DNA of 64,000 nt. Origin: an uncultured Candidatus Saccharimonadales bacterium. Lineage in GTDB: Bacteria; Patescibacteriota; Saccharimonadia; UBA4664. The stretch's first letter is position 1; every line of letters begins with the position of its first letter. A program made the position numbers and the translations under genes. The DNA lies in NCBI GenBank assembly GCA_964467655.1, contig CAYXSN010000006.1, positions 9,601-73,600 on the forward strand, given 5' to 3'. This document shows, piece by piece, positions 17,787 to 26,315 of this stretch. The notes below the pieces were generated by a model. The model was not told where the DNA came from. It worked only from the letters and a program-made list of their open reading frames with translations, and made no database searches.

Positions 17787-17800
17787 TTAGCATGCTGGTT

Positions 17801-18538
17801 ATGGATCCCCAAGCGATCATCCGCGAGTACTTCGAACACATCGGCCTAAGTCAGGAATCAAGCCTGATCTATCTGACATTGGTAGCCAATGGACCACTGA
17901 CCTTATCCGAGCTGTCACGACAATCAGGTATTGAACGGACGCGCGTCTACCGCCTGCTTGATGATGCTACCTTAAAGCAGCTAGTTACTTCAGATCAAAA
18001 TGCCAAAAAAAGCCTGTTTCGGGCAGCCCCACTGAGTAACTTGCATCATGTCCTCGACTCTCGTATACAAACAATCAAGCAGCTCAAAGACAACCTGGTA
18101 CTCATCGAGAATTCCTTGGGCGATCGCAAGATTTTTACGCCGACTGACGAAATTACCACCTACTCTCAGGTCGATGGATTACGCCAAAGCTGGTGGCAGC
18201 TGCTCGACAGCCAATCATTAATCCTGGGATATCAAGATCCAAAAGTCTACGCCACCTTAGGCAAAACCTTTTGGGACGACTGGTCACGACAGTTTCAAAA
18301 CCGACGCTTGCAAGCCAAGATCTTCGTCAGTAACATGGACCCAATCTTACAGGCTCCCCGAATCCGTGGTTTAAAGTACCACACACTCACTTCAACAGCT
18401 TTGATACTCGACCACAGTGCTGTGGCCTTTGACGATAATGTCACCGTTGTATCATGGTACCGAGACCAGGTTTTTACTGTGGCACACCGCAATAACGCCT
18501 ACGTCCAAAGCCTCAAAACCCTTATGTCAAACCTATGA
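17801..18538 (+). CDS. TrmB-family transcriptional regulator
   Basis: N-terminal winged HTH (LIYLTLVANGPLTLSELSRQSGIERTRVYRLLDDATLKQLV) plus a TrmB-like C-terminal domain. ATG start chosen over the upstream TTG that sits inside the operator. Confidence 0.6.
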   Translation: MDPQAIIREYFEHIGLSQESSLIYLTLVANGPLTLSELSRQSGIERTRVYRLLDDATLKQLVTSDQNAKKSLFRAAPLSNLHHVLDSRIQTIKQLKDNLVLIENSLGDRKIFTPTDEITTYSQVDGLRQSWWQLLDSQSLILGYQDPKVYATLGKTFWDDWSRQFQNRRLQAKIFVSNMDPILQAPRIRGLKYHTLTSTALILDHSAVAFDDNVTVVSWYRDQVFTVAHRNNAYVQSLKTLMSNL

Positions 18539-19161
18539 ACAGCCCTTGCCCTTTCTTACCTCCAGCCGATCCCCGACTGTGGCAAGTAGCTGCAGCAGTG
18601 AAGCCCGATGCAATTGCTTCGGACGACATTCAAAACCTGATTAACCGTATGCTTGACATTGCCCAAGCCAAGCAATCAGACAATCAGAAACGAGTGTTGG
18701 TCGGACTGGCTGCTTCCCAGATCGGCATCGGTCAAAGAGTAGTACTAACTGACACCGCCGCCGATGGTCATGGCGGCACCGGCCGACTTGAAGTTTTGAT
18801 CAACCCCGAAATCATCTGGCAAAGCAGCCACCTAGGCGACTGGTACGAGGGCTGCTATTCAACTGGTCCGATATGCGGAATCGTCAGTCGACCTGACGCC
18901 ATCAAAGTAATGTCCCTTGACCGCCAAGGCAGACCGCAAACCCACGAATTCAAGGGTTACACCGCCCGAGTACTGCAGCATGAAATTGACCATCTTAACG
19001 GCCAAGTCTTTATCGCCCGCATCACCAATCCTGACCACCTTCATTGGGTCAACGATGATGAGTTTGCGGCTTATCGCGATCAGGAGCAATGGCGCCACTG
19101 GCCCCGCAAAGCCACTTTCGCCCAGTGGGAAGCCATGAAGCAACAAGGAACTTCTCTGTGA
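18535..19161 (+). CDS. def: Peptide deformylase
   Basis: Motifs GLAASQIG, EGCYS and QHEIDHLNG. Start overlaps the trmB stop (ATGA). Confidence 0.8.
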   Translation: MNSPCPFLPPADPRLWQVAAAVKPDAIASDDIQNLINRMLDIAQAKQSDNQKRVLVGLAASQIGIGQRVVLTDTAADGHGGTGRLEVLINPEIIWQSSHLGDWYEGCYSTGPICGIVSRPDAIKVMSLDRQGRPQTHEFKGYTARVLQHEIDHLNGQVFIARITNPDHLHWVNDDEFAAYRDQEQWRHWPRKATFAQWEAMKQQGTSL

Positions 19162-19781
19162 CAATCAGTGTCTTAGGTGCCACCGGCCATATTGGACGCC
19201 GTTTGGTTACCACGCTGCTCGACGAAGGCTACCAAGTAACCGCCTTTTGCCATGGCATGAGTCCGTTTCCTCATCACAACGGATTGCGAGCAGTCCAAGG
19301 TGATGTCCATCACGCAGACGACCTCCGCCGGGCCGTCTCGGGATCGAACACTGTCATCAGCGCTCTGGGTAGCTGGCACACGCCCACTCAAGACATTCTC
19401 TCAAGCACCACCAAACATCTCATCAAAGTCATGCCGGAATTAGGCATCAATCGACTAGTCACCCTCACCGGCGCCGATGCCCGCAGTCCGAAAGACCACC
19501 CCACTGTTTTCCAGCAACTCTTGCGCCCTGTCTTTTTGACCATAGCACCCAAAATCTTAGCTGACGCCGAAAACCATCTGGAAATGCTCCAACAGAGCTC
19601 GCTCGACTGGACCAGCCTGCGCTCACCGGTCATGCGGAGCTTCGGGCCTCATGGCCGCTACAAAGTCACCACCACCCCTCCCCTGCCCTGGGCCACCATC
19701 CACCGCCACGACGTAGTAACAGCGCTCATCCAACTGGCCGTTTCCGACGACTTCACCGGCCAGGCTGTGTTTATTAAGTAA
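19159..19781 (+). CDS. NAD(P)H-binding NmrA/atypical-SDR-family oxidoreductase
   Basis: GTG start. Rossmann motif ISVLGATGHIGRRLV. AAGGAA RBS. Confidence 0.55.
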
Positions 19782-19824
19782 CACAACTTTGCTAACCATA
19801 GCAAAAGAATCTCAAGCTTACTTC

Positions 19825-20591
19825 TCAGCCAGTATAGCTACCATCGGATCTAAAAACGCTAAGTTTTGAAAGCACATTGTGCAACGCCGAGGCGATAGTC
19901 TCTTCATTGTGTCGCGCAACATCCAATGTCAGATCCTGGAGTGCCCTCACCAAGAGTAAAAACGGCACTTTCCTTAATATACGCTCCTTATCGACAACTG
20001 ACCCACAATCCAACAATCGGCCTAAAAAATCAGCTCCGGTCCAGTCGACAGGTTCGCGAGATTAGCCTCGTAGGCCATGAAAACCGCTTCAATTTTGTGA
20101 ACAACTTCGGATTCAAGCAGCTGGCTCAATCGATCATGAAAGTGGCGCTGGGTTTGGTTATATGCTCCCACAAGCGCCTCTTCCTTGAGCACCGGGACTT
20201 TAGCGGGATCAACCCCATGCAGTGACATCAGGAAATCGTACAGCTCTTGAAACAACCGCTGCTGAACATGAGGTTCGAGTTTGTTAAACCTCTCCCGAGT
20301 CATCGCTTCACCCGGCAATAAGCTGTAACCGCCAAACGGCAACCCGTCATTCACTACATGTGAATATACAAAGACTGGGATTTTAACAGTCACCGCAGCC
20401 TCCAACACCGGCAGTACATCGATTTCTTTCATCAGGGTCTGTTGAGCATTGTCGGTTTGAGCAAAACGAAATACCCAAGCATCATTCACTACGTAGGCAG
20501 TATGATCAGTTCCCTTGCCAAGCAACGTCATGTCCTCGATTCCAAAGTCGATAACATCACTGATCTGAGCTTGAATGTCTTCAAATCGCAT
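19825..20591 (-). pseudogene. Degenerate APH-family (aminoglycoside/macrolide phosphotransferase-like) kinase gene with an in-frame stop at the catalytic-loop position
   Basis: The 189-aa N-terminal ORF (LLGKGTDHTAYVVNDAWVFRF...) matches the APH fold N-lobe. The frame stops where the HGDxxxxN catalytic loop would start (PELIF*GRLLDCGSVVDKERIL against PxLIHGDLHPGNILVD). The downstream 63 codons are degraded. Confidence 0.4.
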
Positions 20592-20647
20592 GGCTAGCAG
20601 TATAACAAAAAGAAGCCCAAGAAGGCCTCTTTTACAAAAATATTTCC

Positions 20648-20680
20648 TGGCGGGCCGTAGCGGAGGAGATTAGAACTTTC
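20648..20680 (+). repeat. Direct repeat copy 1 (~32 bp) flanking the high-GC insert
   Basis: tggcgggccgtagcggaggagattagaactttc. Copy 2 at 21716-21750 is 30/32 identical, with a GA/AG swap. Confidence 0.6.
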
Positions 20681-20872
20681 TTCCTTAGGACCCACACCTT
20701 AACAGCACTACGTACCGCCAAATAAAGTTGGTTCGCTTTTCGTCCTTTTGGACTCATCAGCATGAGCTGCACTCATGGAAGCGGAGATGACAAGCAGACA
20801 GGTCACATTCACAAGAGGCCAGACGACGGCCACTCATGTAGCCTGCCGCTTGCCATCTCCGCACAGCTCAGA

Positions 20873-21544
20873 TCACTCCTCGCTGTACTGGAACGTCACG
20901 TTCAGCCCACCCTGACCGACGAAGGGGAAGAACTCTCCGCCCGCCGCCGCGTCCGTGAAGACCTGACGCAGGTGAGCCTCGACGGCCTCGCGGTTGGTGA
21001 CCTGGGTGTCGAAGGTGATGGAAGCCGTACGCAGCCGAAGCTGGTAGTTCACGGCTCCGTCGAACCCGGTCATCTTCTTCGCCAGCTCCTGCACGCTCGC
21101 TCGGAACGTCTCATCGTCCCACCCTTCGGCCTTGTCGGACACGGGGTAGTCGACCACGTTGGTCCCGAAGTTGATGTACAACCAACCCCGGTGCTGCGGT
21201 TCCCGCGGCTCCGGCCGGTCCATCGTCGCGGCAGGCGTCTTGTCGCCCCGAAGCAGGAAGAACCCGTCCTGGCCGGCCGCCCAGCGGACCGCCTCCAGAA
21301 CGTGCGCCTCCACCGTAGCCTCTTCGGTCACGGTGTCGAGAAACTCGACCTCCAAGCCGTAGCGCGCGATGTAGCAACCCGTCATGCCGTCGAGCTGCAT
21401 GATCCGGCCACGGAGCGGCAGGACCTGCTTGCGATGGGCATCCTCGTCGAACTTGCCGGTGGTCTCGTCGACACCGGTGATCGCAGTGTTGAAGCTGAAC
21501 CGACGCTTACGCTCGCTCATCTCTGAGCCTTTCTCGAACCTCAC
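20873..21544 (-). CDS. Hypothetical protein of high-GC (probably actinobacterial-type) origin, with two internal ~100-aa repeats
   Basis: 223 aa. Codon third positions are almost all G/C (GAC, GCC, CGC, CTG), unlike the flanking DNA. The antisense ORF is R/L/V-rich, as expected for a non-coding frame. Repeats ...EVEFLDTVTEEATVEAHVLEAV... and ...SITFDTQVTNREAVEAHLRQVF.... Confidence 0.5.
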   Translation of the reverse strand: MRFEKGSEMSERKRRFSFNTAITGVDETTGKFDEDAHRKQVLPLRGRIMQLDGMTGCYIARYGLEVEFLDTVTEEATVEAHVLEAVRWAAGQDGFFLLRGDKTPAATMDRPEPREPQHRGWLYINFGTNVVDYPVSDKAEGWDDETFRASVQELAKKMTGFDGAVNYQLRLRTASITFDTQVTNREAVEAHLRQVFTDAAAGGEFFPFVGQGGLNVTFQYSEE

Positions 21545-21715
21545 TCAGCATGATACTCCGACAGGTCGGTGTACGCCCCTTATGAACGCACAAAGTGAGA
21601 TGCAAACCCGCAAATAGCGAACTCGCAACTCACTTTGTACTGTCTGCTTGTCAAAAGATCCGAGAAATCTCGGAATACAAAATACAATAACATATTAGAC
21701 ATAATAAGTCAATAC

Positions 21716-21750
21716 TTGGCGGGCCGTAGCGGAGGAAGTTAGAACTTTTT
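21716..21750 (+). repeat. Direct repeat copy 2 flanking the high-GC insert
   Basis: ttggcgggccgtagcggaggaagttagaacttttt. Its first ~9 nt (tggcgggc) match the 3' acceptor end of tRNA-Asp in + orientation. Confidence 0.6.
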
Positions 21751-21793
21751 ATCTGATTGGTGTTACCATCTAGCCATCAGGAGCACCCCAGGG

Positions 21794-22366
21794 ATGGACA
21801 CCAAAACTACATATGTAACCGTGGACACCAATCTCTACCAGGACCCAGTAATTATTGAACTGGGCCGCGGGCTACCCTATCTGCACATCTACGCAACCAA
21901 GATCACCGAAGACGAGGCCGGCCGCGAGGTAATTATGGGCTCCCAGGTTGGCAGCTGGATGTGGGGAGAGCACATGTGGGGCGATAACCCATTCGTCCCC
22001 AACAAGGCCCTACCCCGGGTATTCACCATCGGCAGTTCGACAATCGGCGGCGAAGATCGAATTGCCCCCGACGGCAAAGGCACCGACTTCCTTCAAGCCA
22101 TACTCGACATCACCACCACCGGTAGCGTGAAGTACCTTCGTGACCTGCATTCACCTCACCATGGCATCCTTAATAGCATCAATGACGCCAAGATCCTCCA
22201 GATACACTGTATCCACAATTTCCATATCTTCGTCAGTAACGACACCAAGTTCATCGGGAAGCCCGGCACCCCCAAACGCCACCAGCTTGAACAGCTATCC
22301 GGCACCCGCATCATGACAGCCGACGAGTTTAAGGCGATCTACCTAGCCCATATTCCCTCAACGTAG
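21794..22366 (+). CDS. Hypothetical protein, possible PIN-like nuclease domain
   Basis: 190 aa. N-terminal VTVDTNLY and C-terminal IFVSNDTKF resemble the first and fourth acidic motifs of PIN domains. AGGAG RBS. Weak call. Confidence 0.3.
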   Translation: MDTKTTYVTVDTNLYQDPVIIELGRGLPYLHIYATKITEDEAGREVIMGSQVGSWMWGEHMWGDNPFVPNKALPRVFTIGSSTIGGEDRIAPDGKGTDFLQAILDITTTGSVKYLRDLHSPHHGILNSINDAKILQIHCIHNFHIFVSNDTKFIGKPGTPKRHQLEQLSGTRIMTADEFKAIYLAHIPST

Positions 22367-23093
22367 CGAAGCCCCACGCGTCCTCAATCACCGCCTGAAG
22401 GGTATTCTTGTATGCGGCTACTGCAAGTGCACCATAACAGCCGAAACCAAGGTAAAGAAGCTCAAGACAGGTGGCACAGCCAGCTACGTTTATTACCACT
22501 GCACACGAAAGAATAAACGACTTCCTAAGTGCAAAGAACCGGCCATTACCGAGACCGAGCTCGAAAAACTTATTGAATACGAGGTATCCAAACTCGTAAT
22601 CAGCAAAGAAGCTGCCTCACACTGCATCGAAATCATCCGCAGCTACCATAAGCAGCAAGTGGCAAACCGTAGCATAAATCTCGATAACTGGCGCAAAGAG
22701 CACAAAGACTTACGGAACAAGCTAGACCGGCTTTTGCAAATGCGCCTCAATGAAGAAATCAATGAAATCGAGTTCAAAGAGTATAGATCAGAGTACCAAG
22801 AGCGACTGGATCGAACCGAGTCCTTGATAAGCGATGTGAACCAGACAGCCTCGGCATGGTTAGAACTGGCCGAAGGGTTCTTCAGTAATCTAGTAGCGCT
22901 TCGCGATACCTACGATTTAGCAGAAGATGACGAAAAACGAAGAATGCTTCAATTCCTTGGCTCGAACTGGGTTTTACAAAGCAAAAAGGTCGCATTTTCC
23001 CCTAGGAAACCATACGACCTCTTGCTAAATGTGGATGAGAATAAGAACTGGCGGGCTCGACCGGATTCGAACCGGCGATCTCCTCCGTGACAG
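22349..23093 (+). pseudogene. 5'-truncated large serine recombinase (only the zinc-ribbon and coiled-coil C-terminal domains remain). Its 3' end overlaps tRNA-Asp
   Basis: The open frame from 22349 encodes ...LKGILVCGYCKCTITAETKVKKLKTGGTASYVYYHCTRKNKRLPKC... (recombinase zinc beta-ribbon) followed by a coiled-coil segment. There is no resolvase catalytic domain upstream. The frame ends inside the tRNA-Asp 3' half. Confidence 0.6.
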
Positions 23094-23125
23094 GGAGGCA
23101 TGTTAGGCCTCTACACCACGAGCCC
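23049..23125 (-). tRNA. tRNA-Asp (anticodon GUC)
   Basis: GGGCTCG...CCTCC CTGTCAC GGAGG...GCCGG TTCGAAT CCGGT CGAGCCC G CCA (77 nt). Confidence 0.85.
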
Positions 23126-23180
23126 GTATTTCTAACCGCCAAATCATACCAGATTCCTCACTGCGGCACAACCTTGGTAG

Positions 23181-23741
23181 CTAAGACAGGTTATTACGCC
23201 CCCATTTAAGCACTTTTGCCATCCAAATTAGCTCGTCATATGTCCGCTGGATCCGCCGAGTTTGGTCACCAAACTCGGGTCTAAGTTTGTCTTGGTCATC
23301 GAACATATCTTGCACTCTGGGAAAATGCACATCAGTAAACGTGGCCACTAAGCCCATCTCCCTGACTGTGTTGACCAAAGACTCAATTGCTCTGACTCCT
23401 CCCCAATTTCCATTCGATACGCCGGCAAAGGCCACTGGTTTATGGATATAATTCTTCAATTCTGAATCGAGCAACCGTTTAAGCGAACCTGGAAATGAGT
23501 GGTTATACTCTGGCACAACGATCAAAAAAGCATCTGCCTTTTCAGTGATTGAGGTGTATTGAGGGTTTTTACCTTCGGGATCGTTGCCGTCACCGGCAAA
23601 TTCAAATTCGGCCACATCCACCCATATTATTTCGACCCCAGGCTGCTGACGGCCGATTTCGGCAACCAAGCGGGCGGCACGAATACTCTCTCGCCGCTCG
23701 CGCTTGGTTCCCTCAATGACAGCTATTGTTACATCAGCCAT
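23181..23741 (-). CDS. NADPH-dependent FMN reductase family protein (flavodoxin-like)
   Basis: 186 aa. The FLIVVPEYNHSFPGSLKRLLD motif is typical of NADPH-dependent FMN reductases. Confidence 0.7.
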   Translation of the reverse strand: MADVTIAVIEGTKRERRESIRAARLVAEIGRQQPGVEIIWVDVAEFEFAGDGNDPEGKNPQYTSITEKADAFLIVVPEYNHSFPGSLKRLLDSELKNYIHKPVAFAGVSNGNWGGVRAIESLVNTVREMGLVATFTDVHFPRVQDMFDDQDKLRPEFGDQTRRIQRTYDELIWMAKVLKWGRNNLS

Positions 23742-23756
23742 TCAAATAAGTATCGA

Positions 23757-24959
23757 TTAGCTCACTTTGATGAACGTCTTGGTTTTGGCTTTGTCGAGCT
23801 GCTCTTGGAAGTAGTCGTTAAAGTCGATGGTCTTGATAAGAACGTGAAGACCGTGGATCGAGCCATCATCTTTCTTTTCGACGACTTTGAGAATCTCGTA
23901 GCCGTAGTCTGTCTTGATGACATCGCTCACCTGATTTGGCTGCAAAGCTTCAGCCGCAGCCTGGACGTTATCGGGCAGTTGGCCCTTGGTGAAAAAGCCC
24001 AGGTCTCCGCCGTTGGCGGCATCAGACGCCTGCGAGTACTGCTTGGCTAGGTCGCCAAAGTCGGCTCCATTCTTAACCTTGTCGAGTACTTCGGTGGCTT
24101 TGGCTTTGGCCGCCTCGTCGGCAGCTTTATCGGCAGTTACGTTTGTCTCTAAGTTTTTGGCCAGGATCTGCTTACGCAAGACCCGGCGCAAATCTTCGAC
24201 GTTCCAGCCATAAATGTCGTTGAGGGTCTTCAGTAAGGTGTCTTTACCGCCATAGCGTTCATACAACTGGCTGAGCAGATCATCGACTTCTTTGTCGGTC
24301 ACCTTCACGTTGCGCTGGCTGGCCAGTTGGGCCACCAAAGCATCATCTTTGAGTTTCTCTAAGGCATGCTGCTTGATTTGCAGCAACAGCTTCTTACCTT
24401 CATCAGAGTTGAAATCAACTTCAGACTGGCCGTTCAACTTGGCATTGTTCTGGTAGGCGCGCTTATTAGCATCCACCTCAAACAAATAATCACCATAGCT
24501 AACAAACCGCCCATTCACTTGTTGCACCGGGTACGGCACCACTTTGGCAACTGTCCGCACAGCAGGGTTTTCACTACGGTAGTAGTAAATCAACACTCCA
24601 AACACCACGAGAGCAATGGCTCCCAGAGCTACAACCACGGCTACCAACCGAGTCAACCATGTCCGTGAACCAGCCCCGGCCAGCGGATTCTTGAAGCCAC
24701 CAAACCGTCGCTTTTTGACCGTTACCGCCTTGGTTTCTACCTTATCAGCGACTTCATCTTTGACCTCAGAGGAATCAGTATCGTCAGTCTCATCGGTAGC
24801 TTCAACGTCTTCGGCTACAACGTCAGACTTGTTATCATCTTTACTTTTGTCAGGCTTCTTCTTTTTGGACTCTACCTTGCTATCATCATCGGCCGGCACG
24901 GTCGCCTCTTCCACGGCCGGGTCCTGGTCTGCTTTCGCCAAAACGTGCACTCCTCTCAC
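23757..24959 (-). CDS. Parvulin-type peptidyl-prolyl isomerase (PrsA/SurA-like foldase) with a charged N-terminal region and a TM anchor
   Basis: C-terminal PpiC domain (GGDLGFFTKGQLPDNVQAAAEALQPNQVSDVIKTDYGYEILKV). K/D/E-rich N-terminus followed by a TM helix. Confidence 0.65.
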   Translation of the reverse strand: MRGVHVLAKADQDPAVEEATVPADDDSKVESKKKKPDKSKDDNKSDVVAEDVEATDETDDTDSSEVKDEVADKVETKAVTVKKRRFGGFKNPLAGAGSRTWLTRLVAVVVALGAIALVVFGVLIYYYRSENPAVRTVAKVVPYPVQQVNGRFVSYGDYLFEVDANKRAYQNNAKLNGQSEVDFNSDEGKKLLLQIKQHALEKLKDDALVAQLASQRNVKVTDKEVDDLLSQLYERYGGKDTLLKTLNDIYGWNVEDLRRVLRKQILAKNLETNVTADKAADEAAKAKATEVLDKVKNGADFGDLAKQYSQASDAANGGDLGFFTKGQLPDNVQAAAEALQPNQVSDVIKTDYGYEILKVVEKKDDGSIHGLHVLIKTIDFNDYFQEQLDKAKTKTFIKVS

Positions 24960-24984
24960 AGGTCAAAAGATATGTACACCTATC

Positions 24985-25527
24985 CTAACGCACAACCGGC
25001 GATTGTGTCGAGCCGCCCGCCGCCCGTACTGCCTCGAGCAATTCTTCATGGATCTCCACGGGCTTATGGATGTACTCAAGTTTCACATCGCCCACATACG
25101 TTTTGGCGTTAATCTCACCGAAGCCAAACAGCGCAGCCTGAAAACCGCCGATATGGTAATTCACATTGGTTATGGCATCAAGCTGCCATTCTTCAACCTT
25201 GCGGTCAAAAAAACCTTTCTGGGTAATGAGAATCAGCCGTTCGTTGGTGACCAGATACACCGTATAATACCAACCCAGCCAGCGGTATGCCCAAGCCGCC
25301 AGCACAATCACTGGCACCACCAGCGCCAGTTTGATCAGCCAGCCAGCTAAAGTTTCGTGAGTCCACACCCAAGGAATGTCCAGAGGCACTACGCCCAGCA
25401 CTATCACGAACAAGCCCGAGATCAGGGCTTTACGCATGACCAAAGGGTGCTGCCGAAATAAGAACTGGACTTCCTCACCTTCGTGCTGCCCCGGAAAATC
25501 TTTTTCCTGAGCTTTGAGCTTATTCAT
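24985..25527 (-). CDS. Bacterial PH-domain (YdbT/bPH_2-like) membrane protein
   Basis: Two TM helices followed by a PH-like segment (YYTVYLVTNERLILITQKGFFDRKVEEWQLDAI). Confidence 0.5.
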   Translation of the reverse strand: MNKLKAQEKDFPGQHEGEEVQFLFRQHPLVMRKALISGLFVIVLGVVPLDIPWVWTHETLAGWLIKLALVVPVIVLAAWAYRWLGWYYTVYLVTNERLILITQKGFFDRKVEEWQLDAITNVNYHIGGFQAALFGFGEINAKTYVGDVKLEYIHKPVEIHEELLEAVRAAGGSTQSPVVR

Positions 25528-25586
25528 AGCGTCATTGTAGCAAATCGTCCGGCGCCAAGGTATAATGAGGCACGCATCCCTGGTAT

Positions 25587-25662
25587 GCCCCGGTAGCTCA
25601 GCGGATAGAGCGCCTCCGTCCTAAGGAGGGCGTCGGGGGTTCGATTCCCTCCCGGGGCACCA
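25587..25662 (+). tRNA. tRNA-Arg (anticodon CCU)
   Basis: GCCCCGG TA GCTCAGCGGATAGAGC G CCTCC GTCCTAA GGAGG ... TTCGATT ... CCGGGGC A CCA. TATAAT lies about 20 nt upstream. Confidence 0.75.
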
Positions 25663-25667
25663 AGGAT

Positions 25668-26297
25668 TTATTTACCGCGCTTTTTGGGCGTCCAGTCTTT
25701 TTTGTAGGCAATTTCGGTCACAACCGTTTCATAGTCCACAATCTCGTCGGGCGTGAACCAAATGGCCTGTTCCCGCTCGTAGCTGTCGCGGCTATCGGAA
25801 CCGTGAATGATGTTCTTAATGGCCCAGTCACCGGCGTCGCTTAGCTCATACGACTCCAGCGAGTAGTCAAAACCAATCGTACCCACTTCGGCAAACAGCG
25901 GGCTGGTGTTGCCGCGCATCTTACGCACCACTTCAATGACATGGGCGCCTTCCAGCACCATAGCCACCACCGGACCGGCGGTCAGGGCATCCATCAGTTT
26001 TCGGCGGGTGTTCATGGCCAGCTCGCGCGGCTCAGCCGGCGGCGTAATGCCCTTGTCGAGGTAGCCCTGATACGTGCGTTCACCCGATGACTTCAACCAC
26101 TCTTCGGTTAACTCATAATGCTCACCGGCCATATCGAGAGTTGGCCAAACCAGCTTCAGAGCGGCAATCTTGAGACCCTTGCGCTCAAACCGGGTCAGAA
26201 TCTCGCCCACGAGGTGGCGCGCGACAGCATCCGGCTTAATGAGGACCAGACTTCGTTCATGGCGCAACTGCTCAAGTTTTTCTTCATTAGGTTTCAT
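25668..26297 (-). CDS. ndk: Nucleoside diphosphate kinase (extended form)
   Basis: LVLIKPDAV and NIIHGSD motifs. Confidence 0.75.
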   Translation of the reverse strand: MKPNEEKLEQLRHERSLVLIKPDAVARHLVGEILTRFERKGLKIAALKLVWPTLDMAGEHYELTEEWLKSSGERTYQGYLDKGITPPAEPRELAMNTRRKLMDALTAGPVVAMVLEGAHVIEVVRKMRGNTSPLFAEVGTIGFDYSLESYELSDAGDWAIKNIIHGSDSRDSYEREQAIWFTPDEIVDYETVVTEIAYKKDWTPKKRGK

Positions 26298-26315
26298 CTA
26301 TAGTCTCCTTTTTAC

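Noticed and set aside
17765-17800. Upstream TTG start for the TrmB-family gene, as given in the ORF track
   Set aside because: The TTG lies inside the 25-bp palindromic operator. The in-frame ATG at 17801 gives a normal TrmB N-terminus (MDPQAIIREYF...).
20762-21526. 254-aa plus-strand ORF inside the high-GC insert
   Set aside because: It lies antisense to the 223-aa minus-strand gene. Its product is R/L/V/G-rich, as expected for the reverse frame of a high-GC gene, whereas the minus-strand frame shows strong G/C third-position bias and a balanced composition.
20648-21750. Interpreting the 32-bp direct repeats as transposon target-site duplications
   Set aside because: 32 bp is far longer than typical TSDs and no transposase is present. 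Similarity of the repeat 5' end to the tRNA-Asp acceptor end fits att-site remnants better, though that too is inference.
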